Virus record (IMG/VR): IMGVR_UViG_3300044846_005229 | Coordinates: 215,340-279,339 of that record | Length of the DNA stretch: 64,000 nucleotides | Reading direction: 5' to 3' (one strand) | Part shown: positions 40,114-46,933 of the stretch, piece after piece | Layout: each line of letters starts with the position of its first letter | Numbering within the stretch: position 1 is the first letter of the stretch | Position numbers and translations under genes: made by a program | The notes under the pieces: model-generated | Told to the model about the DNA's origin: nothing | Seen by the model: the letters and a program-made list of their open reading frames with translations, nothing else | Databases searched by the model: none

Positions 40114-40836
40114 ATTCGATTGTATTATAGGGTGCCCAATGGGCGAGTAAACCGATTAGACTCGGATCGTGTTGAAGCCATTCTCAAAACCGTCACCGTA
40201 CCCTTGGCTATAGGCTTTTGTGTCGATTATTCTGCACCACTCCAGGAAGTGTTCGAGAGATAAGTCCCCAGCGGCTACTGTTTCAAAGATCTCAGTGGCT
40301 GTGGGATAGACCACAAACAGTTCGTCAAAGGTTTTCATAGTTGTTGATCTGTAGAATGGTTCTTTTGTTGGAGTCTACGTGCTTTCCTAGCAAACCTTTT
40401 CCAAATTTGTTTGGCGACTTTCGTAGGAAAGTCTCTCATCTCCCTAAGGTATCGGCTCTGATTTCGACTTACTGGTTTTGCCATTTCTCTTCAAGAAAAT
40501 CGGTGTCTTGCTGAGTTATCTTGTGAAGCCTTTCGTAAAATTGTTCTAACTTTTGATCGACCTCTTCTCTGTCTACTGTCATTGGCATGTTCAAGCGGGC
40601 GTCTTCTAATGATGACAAGGCATCACGAACTAAAGTTTTGAGGGACCCTACTTGTTTTCCAAGATGGTGCATCTCGTCTCGCTGCTGTTCTAGGGGGGGG
40701 GGGTCAATGTTTGCCATTGTGTTGGGAATTTGAAGCCGTGGATACTATAGCACCTTACACAGGGTAAGGCAAGCCCCGGAACTGGCCTAGACAGGGAGGC
40801 AAACCACCCTTAACCAATTTGTAGACTCCCATGGTT

Positions 40837-41202
40837 TCAGAGTTGGGAAAGAGTAAGCCCCAAGTAGCAAAATTGATGAAGGAGCTGATCAAAACCGATC
40901 AAAACCCAAAAAGCTTTGTCAGTAGTGGACATTCCAAGCTTTAGGGTGATATTCTGCTTTGACCAATCGATGTGGTAGTGGAGCATACCGTCAATGGCCC
41001 CTAAAACTAGGGCCACACTTGGCAGAAAAGGAAAGGTAACCAGCACTGTTGCCAATGCGTGTTTTATCGAGTGTTGGATTCCAATTGGATGCAAGTAAGT
41101 GCCTTTATGCTTCACTTCGTCTTCCGTTTGTAGACACCAATCTACCGCGAAGTGTTTAATAAGGAGTAATGAAAGCAAGGCTAAGGCTTTTTGAGGGTCC
41201 AT
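40837..41202 (-). CDS. DUF3307 membrane protein
   Basis: KHFAVDWCLQ, HSIKH, HYHIDWSK, IGFDQLLH. Confidence 0.85.
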   Translation of the reverse strand: MDPQKALALLSLLLIKHFAVDWCLQTEDEVKHKGTYLHPIGIQHSIKHALATVLVTFPFLPSVALVLGAIDGMLHYHIDWSKQNITLKLGMSTTDKAFWVLIGFDQLLHQFCYLGLTLSQL

Positions 41203-41250
41203 GGGAACTTGTAAGGCAAGTTTACAACTTGGGTGCGTATCTTAGTGTAA

Positions 41251-41322
41251 TGGGGGATATCGGGCTTGAACCGATGGCGGCCTGTTTGTAGGACAGGTGC
41301 TCTACCACTGAGCTAATCCCCC
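41251..41322 (-). tRNA. trnV: tRNA-Val(TAC)
   Basis: CCTGT-CC-TAC-AA-ACAGG. Confidence 0.88.
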
Positions 41323-41703
41323 AATAAAGACCAACGATGACCACCCCTACTTCAGTCCAAGACAATAAAAACGGAATTTTGTATCACATTGGGGCCGAAA
41401 TACACGGAACCTTCCTCAGTTACACAAAAGTAGTACTTAAGATCCTCCAAGTTAGTAGTCAGCATTTCTTCGAGCGCTTTCCTTTGGGACTCTGAGAAGG
41501 GTTGCTCCACAGAGACAAAAGTTCCAAGAGGGGTGATTGCTTTGATTTTCATGATTGGGTGGGTAGGGTTCAGGGAGCAAGTTGAGGGGGAATTCAACTT
41601 TGTTTTCCATGGGCCAATCATAGCGTTTCTGCGCGGCAGAAACAAGGGAGAGAACCGAACCGGATAGCACGGTAGACCGACCCTCCCTAGAGCAGTGACC
41701 GCC

Positions 41704-42303
41704 TTAGATAGCAACCGGTGTAAATACTCCATAGTATGCCCTGCCATAACAGCCGGATTCAGCCAACGTAGTAACACGACCTGTCTGCCCTATCCACCCA
41801 TTAAGAGCATCTTCGGTAAGTTCATGGGGGTGGCCATCATGAGCAGGAATGTCGATCCACTCGAAAATTCTAAAAATCGGTGCAGCTTTTAGGGCGTTAT
41901 GAACGATTTTGGCAGGGTCTACCGTATGTTGTAAACAGTTATACATCCATACCTCATCCCACCCCGTGTCTTCAATATCCTCACCCATCGAAACTGAAAC
42001 TGAGACGTTATTACTCGCGTATCGATCAACGGTCCATTTAGGGTAGGATACCGGGTCTACGACTTTGCCTTCAGTTAAGTTGATGGTTTTAAGCAAAAGG
42101 CTGCTGGGACCACCACCGATATCAAGGATTCTTTTGCCCCCCACATCAAAACTATAATGGGTCCGATGCAATCCCATTAATCTCCCGTAGACGAATTGCT
42201 TCTGTTCCTCGTCAAAGGTATTGCAGCAGTTACCCCAGTATGACCTTTCAAAGTCGTAGTCGTTGCTGCGATCGTTATGGTTGCCGTAGTCGTTATGGCT
42301 CAT
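41704..42303 (-). CDS. class I SAM-dependent methyltransferase-like protein
   Basis: KRILDIGGGP, VVDP, DEVWMYNCLQHTVDP. Confidence 0.8.
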   Translation of the reverse strand: MSHNDYGNHNDRSNDYDFERSYWGNCCNTFDEEQKQFVYGRLMGLHRTHYSFDVGGKRILDIGGGPSSLLLKTINLTEGKVVDPVSYPKWTVDRYASNNVSVSVSMGEDIEDTGWDEVWMYNCLQHTVDPAKIVHNALKAAPIFRIFEWIDIPAHDGHPHELTEDALNGWIGQTGRVTTLAESGCYGRAYYGVFTPVAI

Positions 42304-42343
42304 TTCAGTGGGTTAAATTTGTGATATTTGCGCCAGCAAATTA

Positions 42344-42575
42344 TGGCGGACCGGAGAATTGAACTCCTATTCCGATAGAATTTTGCTAACCTAAGTTAAC
42401 AATGCACAGGTATTAATACCTGAGGGGCTATCTCCCAAAGTCTCAAGAATTCTTGAGACGCTTTTTACCCAGATATTCCGGGCACCATGTTGGCAGTAGA
42501 TGCTAAGCTACTGGCCTTAGTATTAAAACTGAGGACTTAGACCTGTGCGTCTTACCTGGATTTCTCCAACCCGCA
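42344..42575 (-). ncRNA. expanded tRNA-like RNA A
   Basis: GCGGGTT/GGTCCGC acceptor, GGAG-TTCAATT-CTCC T-arm, about 190-nt structured interior with GCACAGGT/ACCTGTGC helix. Confidence 0.6.
42372..42485. repeat. 114-bp exact repeat, copy 2
   Basis: identical to 26836-26949. Confidence 0.95.
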
Positions 42576-42606
42576 GTGAGGTAATGAACTGAAGAAGCAA
42601 CCTTCA

Positions 42607-42723
42607 GACTTAAGGGAACCTTAAGATTTGAGTTATGGCCAGAAGGTCATACAAGATGGTTGGGTTTCTATAGCAAAGAAATTTGTAAATTGCTGAACCA
42701 TCTTAGTTTTGTGCTAGCAAAAC
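42607..42723 (-). ncRNA. CAGCAA hairpin RNA motif, copy 1
   Basis: AAGATGGTT-CAGCAAT...TTTCT-TTGCTAT-AGAAA...AACCATCTT; similar to 43144-43262. Confidence 0.65.
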
Positions 42724-42724
42724 A

Positions 42725-42796
42725 TGGCGGAAGCTGGATTTGCACCAGCGATCTTCAGGGTATGAGCCTGACGAGATTCTACTTCTCTACTCCGCG
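42725..42796 (-). tRNA. trnM: tRNA-Met(CAT), initiator-like
   Basis: TCAGG-CT-CAT-AC-CCTGA, C1 unpaired. Confidence 0.85.
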
Positions 42797-42824
42797 TTAT
42801 TGTACCGTGTGTTAATTACGGTAA

Positions 42825-42895
42825 TCGGGATGGAAGGTACTGCCCCTTCTATTCTGCTTCCCAAAAGCAGTGTGATACTTTTCTACTACACCCCG
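42825..42895 (-). tRNA. trnP: tRNA-Pro(TGG), atypical T-loop
   Basis: CTGCT-TT-TGG-GA-AGCAG; C1-G72, A73; T-loop GGCAGTA. Confidence 0.8.
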
Positions 42896-42919
42896 ATGTC
42901 TACCTAATGTTACCCTTCC

Positions 42920-42973
42920 GGTTCCATGCCCATGCTTGCAAAACAGGTGCCCCCCCAATTGAGCTATGACCCC
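42920..42973 (-). pseudogene. degenerate tRNA-Ala(TGC), 3' half lost
   Basis: GGGGTCATAGCTCAATTGG...CCTGT-TT-TGC-AA with no T-arm or 3' acceptor strand. Confidence 0.65.
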
Positions 42974-42977
42974 GTGT

Positions 42978-43118
42978 TCATCTAATGCTTTCTAACATAT
43001 AGGTTTTACCCTTGAGTGTGACAGTGAGCGAAGGGTTAGCTATGGCAGCAGCCAGTTGCTTCCTTGCCTTAGGGTCGTTTAATATCCCCTTAATTAACCT
43101 GGTTGGTTCTACTTTCAT
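42978..43118 (-). CDS. 46 aa ORF inside tRNA array
   Basis: own translation MKVEPTRLIKGILNDPKARKQLAAAIANPSLTVTLKGKTYMLESIR*. Confidence 0.45.
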   Translation of the reverse strand: MKVEPTRLIKGILNDPKARKQLAAAIANPSLTVTLKGKTYMLESIR

Positions 43119-43143
43119 TTTATCAGGGTTTGTGTGGCCATCC

Positions 43144-43262
43144 GACTTGAGGGAACTTTAAGATTTGAGTTATGGCCAAAAAGTCATACAAGATGGTTGT
43201 TTTTTCTACCAAAAAGAAAGTTTTTAGATTGCTGAACCATCTTAGTTTTGCTATCGCAAAAC
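43144..43262 (-). ncRNA. CAGCAA hairpin RNA motif, copy 2
   Basis: AAGATGGTT-CAGCAAT...TTTCT-TTTTGGT-AGAAA...AACCATCTT. Confidence 0.65.
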
Positions 43263-43264
43263 AA

Positions 43265-43341
43265 CCGGAAATCGCAGAATCGAACTGCGGACCTCTCGTT
43301 TTTCAGACGAGCGCTCTTCACCAAGACTGAGCTAATTCCCG
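43265..43341 (-). tRNA. trnF: tRNA-Phe(GAA)
   Basis: CTCGT-CT-GAA-AA-ACGAG. Confidence 0.9.
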
Positions 43342-43402
43342 TTTTTTACCCGGGTTTGATCTCCCGGTAGTTATTACCCCCAGACTTTCACCTGAGGGCA
43401 AA

Positions 43403-43474
43403 TTGAACGCACGGGACTCGAACCCGCATCCTCCACCAACCCGGTGGCGCTCTACCACTTGGAGCTAACGTCCA
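43403..43474 (-). tRNA. tRNA-like gene with shrunken anticodon loop (isotype undetermined)
   Basis: intact acceptor, D and T arms; CCACC-GGGTT-GGTGG has only a 5-nt loop. Confidence 0.65.
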
Positions 43475-43609
43475 AATCCCTTTGAATAAACCTGCAAGTT
43501 ACTTTTAAGGGCCGGGTATTACAATTGCAGTTGCTTTCCCCTCGGGACTTTCACCCGTATATGCAACTCTGTTAATTCGTGGTTGCTAACGATTTCCCGT
43601 TTCCGGAAA

Positions 43610-43680
43610 CGGGGTATAGGGGACTCGAACCCCCCTTTGCGAGTAGACAGCCCGCAGCCTTCCCTGACGGCAAATACCCT
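43610..43680 (-). tRNA. trnD: tRNA-Asp(GTC)
   Basis: GCGGG-CT-GTC-TA-CTCGC, G73; A1.C72 mismatch. Confidence 0.8.
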
Positions 43681-43746
43681 ATTTGCCCCTGCCCTGGCTC
43701 ACTTGCTTGTTCCGAAGAACCGCACTAGCAAACCTGCTGGAGGCAA

Positions 43747-43819
43747 CACCCAATGAGGGAGTCGAACCCCCGTATTCTAATTCGTAGCCAGACGCTTTAA
43801 TCCACTAAGCTAATTGGGC
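43747..43819 (-). tRNA. trnR: tRNA-Arg(ACG)
   Basis: TCTGG-CT-ACG-AA-TTAGA. Confidence 0.9.
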
Positions 43820-43874
43820 AGTTTTCTGCCGAAAACTTTCAGAGTGTTCTCGTAAGTTTCTCGTTAGAGAAACA

Positions 43875-43955
43875 TGGCCCCCAAGGGACTTGAACCCTTA
43901 CAGCTTTCGCTGGGAGTTTTTAAGACTCCTGTGTCTACCCTTCCACCAGAAGGCC
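43875..43955 (-). tRNA. trnL: tRNA-Leu(TAA), second divergent copy
   Basis: GGAGT-CT-TAA-AA-ACTCC, long variable arm. Confidence 0.9.
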
Positions 43956-44014
43956 ATTTGGTGTTAAATTTTCAAGTTGCTGGTTGAGAGTTTTGACTCT
44001 GCCAACCTGTCACT

Positions 44015-44058
44015 ATTATAGCGTCTCTGCGGGCAGAGACAAGGGCGGTTAACCGAAC
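44015..44058 (-). promoter_or_regulatory. promoter with upstream CGGTTAACCG palindrome
   Basis: GTTCGGTTAACCGCCC-TTGTCT-16-TATAAT. Confidence 0.7.
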
Positions 44059-44128
44059 GTTTGCTGAGCAAACGACACCGGAGAGATGGCCCCCCGAGAT
44101 TTATCTTAAGTTTCCTCGTCAGAGAAAA

Positions 44129-44200
44129 AGCGGGTAGGGGTAGTCGAAACCCCGTCTACTGCTTGGAAGGCAGTCATATTGGCCGTTATACGATACCCGC
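44129..44200 (-). tRNA. trnG: tRNA-Gly(TCC)
   Basis: ACTGC-CT-TCC-AA-GCAGT, U73. Confidence 0.9.
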
Positions 44201-44240
44201 ATTTTGTATGTTGCTTCGGTAATGTTTACGTCAGCAAAAG

Positions 44241-44313
44241 GGTGATGAACGGGAATCGGACCCGCGCTAGTCTGGCTCACAACCAGATGCCTTACCACTT
44301 GGCTACCACCACC
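44241..44313 (-). tRNA. trnH: tRNA-His(GTG) with encoded G-1
   Basis: TCTGG-TT-GTG-AG-CCAGA; G-1/C73. Confidence 0.9.
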
Positions 44314-44411
44314 ATGGTGCCCTAGGTTTGTATCCAACGGTAATGAAACTTTAAGGTGATGGTCTCCCATTTCCACCCTAAGTCATATTACCCAGACTCA
44401 ACCGTAAGCAA

Positions 44412-44567
44412 TGCCCCAACCAGGGGTTCGAACCTGGAGGCAAAAGAATCTATTTTCAATAAGAAGGTTTGATTTCAAGGCCACACCTTATCAACGTAGG
44501 TTCAATACGCCTATCAGCATTTACTCGTAGATTTGAACCCTGATGCCTGTTCCAACTACTTTGGGAC
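44412..44567 (-). ncRNA. expanded tRNA-like RNA B
   Basis: GTCCCAA/TTGGGGC-A acceptor, CCAGG-TTCGAAC T-arm, interior closed by AGGCA/TGCCT with GGTTCAA/TTGAACC and further hairpins. Confidence 0.6.
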
Positions 44568-44604
44568 TTTTTTCGTGTTTTGAACATTCCTAACAAAGTT
44601 AGGC

Positions 44605-44671
44605 TAGATGATTGTTTTTCCAATTTCGAAGGAGTTGATCGCTGAATCATCTAAGTTTGCAACTGCAAAAC
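44605..44671 (-). ncRNA. CAGCAA hairpin RNA motif, copy 3 (divergent)
   Basis: AGATGATT-CAGCGAT...AATCATCT, compensatory change versus copies 1-2. Confidence 0.55.
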
Positions 44672-44680
44672 AATGGCAAA

Positions 44681-44761
44681 TGCCCACCGGGGGACTCGAA
44701 CCCCCACGCCTTTCGGCACATGGGCCTAAACCATGCGTGACTTCCATTCCACCAGGCAGGC
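44681..44761 (-). tRNA. trnL: tRNA-Leu(TAG)
   Basis: CATGG-TT-TAG-GC-CCATG, long variable arm. Confidence 0.9.
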
Positions 44762-44792
44762 TTTTTTCTAGGGGTTTTTCAAAGAAAAACAT

Positions 44793-44948
44793 TGAAGTGG
44801 AGAGGCTTGAACTCTCAATGTTAAGATTGCGTCTGGCTGCTACTTAACAGGTGGTTTCAACCATGAGCCAGGAAGTTGCTATTAGCATTTACAACCCCAT
44901 CCGTATCGGCTGATTCCACACCCCCGTATACCAGTTCCGGCACACTTC
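44793..44948 (-). ncRNA. expanded tRNA-like RNA C
   Basis: GAAGTG/CACTTC acceptor, type-II D-arm CCG-GAACTGGTATA-CGG, T-arm GAGAG-TTCAAGC-CTCTC, extended anticodon and variable arms. Confidence 0.7.
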
Positions 44949-44967
44949 TTCTTTCCTTAGAAAGAAA

Positions 44968-45048
44968 CTGGAGCGGAAGGACTCGAACCTTCATTGTCTT
45001 TCGACACTCGTTAACAGCGAGTTGCATTTCCAATTATGCTACACCCCA
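44968..45048 (-). tRNA. trnN: tRNA-Asn(GTT) with long variable arm
   Basis: ACTCG-CT-GTT-AA-CGAGT then GTC-GAAA-GAC; G73. Confidence 0.85.
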
Positions 45049-45209
45049 TTACACCCTGCGTTACGGCAGGGGACAGTAGGAAACACTCTGGGGTCGCATT
45101 GCGTCCCGGTGTGAGTACGAATCGTTACTTAAACCGGTTATTACTGACCCTTAGCTGCAAACCGGAAACCTGTGCTAAAGGACTTTTTCCTTTCCCGTTA
45201 GGGAAAGAA

Positions 45210-45283
45210 TGGGAGCGGTCGGGATCGAACCGACGACCTATCGGTTATCAACCGAGTGCTCTAGACCGCTGAGCTACGCTCCC
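45210..45283 (-). tRNA. trnI: tRNA-Ile(GAT)
   Basis: TCGG-TT-GAT-AA-CCGA. Confidence 0.9.
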
Positions 45284-45489
45284 TTGGTGTTAAATTGTCT
45301 AGTTTCTGTCAATGGCGTAACCAGTGGCGTTACTACCAGCGACACCCTTAGTATAGGGTCTTGCCCCGGTAAAGTAAAGGACGGTTTGCCGCCCCCACCT
45401 TACGGACTTTTTCGCGTTTTTCGCTTAGCGAAAGTTGCCTTGCGATTAAACCTTACCAGGGTTAGCTGGTGGGTTAATCTTAGAGCAAA

Positions 45490-45616
45490 TTGACTACCGA
45501 GGACTTGCACCTCGACCCCCTCTGTCCAAAACTACTCGCAGGTACGGAACTTGGCCTTCGTTCTATCTTACTGCTTTCGCCCAAAGGGACATGCTGACTT
45601 CTAACACTCGTAGTCA
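45490..45616 (-). ncRNA. expanded tRNA-like RNA D
   Basis: TGACTAC/GTAGTCA acceptor, D-like arm, TGTCC/GGACA anticodon stem enclosing about 60 nt, T-arm CGAGG-TGCAAGT-CCTCG. Confidence 0.7.
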
Positions 45617-45778
45617 AAGTCCATTTTACGTCAGGGCGGACACACCCCGTTTGCCTTTGGAAAACCAAAGATTTAACCTACCTAGATTTACCCTCTTACA
45701 CGATAACTCGTTTTGATGCAATCTCCCGATCTGCAGAGGCAAAGTAGGCTAGCCCCGTGGATTAATCCCATAGGGCCA

Positions 45779-45852
45779 TACTCTAGAAGGGATTCGAACC
45801 CTCGATTTCCTGCTTGAAAGGCAGGCGACTTAGACCGCTTGTCCACTAGAGC
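45779..45852 (-). tRNA. trnE: tRNA-Glu(TTC)
   Basis: CCTGC-CT-TTC-AA-GCAGG. Confidence 0.92.
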
Positions 45853-45943
45853 CTATGCCGCATTGCTCCGGATACCGGAGTTACGGCTTTTGGCAATTAG
45901 GTTGTCAAGTTGCGTTGCTCGGGGTTGTGTCCCTTACCTCTGT

Positions 45944-45989
45944 ATTATAGGTTGCTGGCCCTGGCAAGTAAAGGGCGGTTAACCGAACC
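45944..45989 (-). promoter_or_regulatory. promoter with upstream CGGTTAACCG palindrome heading tRNA array
   Basis: GGTTCGGTTAACCGCCC-TTTACT-17-TATAAT. Confidence 0.7.
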
Positions 45990-46159
45990 TTGCGCATGGG
46001 GAAAATTTCGGGAGGGGGCGTAAGCCCCCGACCTGGGACGGGCGCCGTAGGCGATTGCCCGGACCCAACACCACCCAGCATCATGGCGCCAAGGGTAATA
46101 CCCACTGATGCCACAACCTTCCAGGTATTATACCCCCCCCTATAATCAGCATTATACTA

Positions 46160-46933
46160 CTAAGCAACAAAATCCCCTAGCTGAATCCTGCCCTCCGGCA
46201 CCCATTCTTTGACAATGGCCCTAATTATGGGCTTATTCGGTCTATACTGGGGGGGAATATCCGACATGTCCAAACTCTCGGGTCCAACCAAAACCCGTTG
46301 ACGCTTAATGTAGGTCCCATGGGTGAATGCCCTAGGGAGTTCTTCCCATGGTTTCCCTATTTGTTTCAGCAAGGTTTTCATTTCTTCGCAAGTTACCCCT
46401 TGAAGGTCCTTATGTGAAAATAAACTCTGGGCATACATTGACACTGAGTTTTTCGTAGCGTCATTGAGCCTCCATAGGAAGTTCTTATAGACGTATTCCA
46501 AATTAGGGACATTCCATACCCTGCAGTCAAATACGGGGTACTGGCCTACCTTTTCAGGGAGATATTCAGGTAAGTTTCCTGTGAAAAATGCCCCCGCTGT
46601 CGAGGCCAGTATTGATGTCAGCTTCTGGTATTTGCCCCTAAATAGAAATTCCCTATTGGAGTAATTCCGCTTGTCAAGATGCCAATACAAAGTTATCTCA
46701 TCGGATTGGCAATACCCTAGTAAAGCCTCACTTTCGGTAACAAGGTGCCTTGTGGTAGCAACCATTAGGTTAACGAATCGCTCATCAAACGGCTTTTGGA
46801 GGTTATGGGTAAACGAACTAAAGGTCCTCCCATCGATGCGGCACATTAAAGGGCGGAAGGGATTTGCAGTCCTGCCTGCCTCTTTTTGCTCTTGTTCTTT
46901 TAGGGTGTCGCCCAGGGTGTCAGTGTGTGGCAT
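46160..46933 (-). CDS. Thg1-like protein (tRNA-His guanylyltransferase / 3'-5' polymerase family)
   Basis: RIDGRTFSSFT..LQKPFD, YCQSDEITL, FRGKYQKLTS, FDCRV, WRLNDA.KNSV. Confidence 0.92.
   Translation of the reverse strand: MPHTDTLGDTLKEQEQKEAGRTANPFRPLMCRIDGRTFSSFTHNLQKPFDERFVNLMVATTRHLVTESEALLGYCQSDEITLYWHLDKRNYSNREFLFRGKYQKLTSILASTAGAFFTGNLPEYLPEKVGQYPVFDCRVWNVPNLEYVYKNFLWRLNDATKNSVSMYAQSLFSHKDLQGVTCEEMKTLLKQIGKPWEELPRAFTHGTYIKRQRVLVGPESLDMSDIPPQYRPNKPIIRAIVKEWVPEGRIQLGDFVA

Noticed and set aside
39963-40115. N-terminal extension of ORF 39546-40115
   Set aside because: Overlaps tRNA-Cys; the true start is probably MKHSD at 39962.
42344-45616. Group I introns in tRNA anticodon loops
   Set aside because: Inserts are too short, no P7/catalytic core is recognisable, and no excision obviously restores a canonical 7-nt loop.
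44119-45668. Track ORFs across the tRNA array (also 26556-26774, 26917-27099)
   Set aside because: They overlap tRNA or tRNA-like genes and have no protein-like features.
45480-45700. RNase P RNA or second tmRNA
   Set aside because: No P4 consensus and no tag reading frame; explained better as an expanded tRNA-like RNA.
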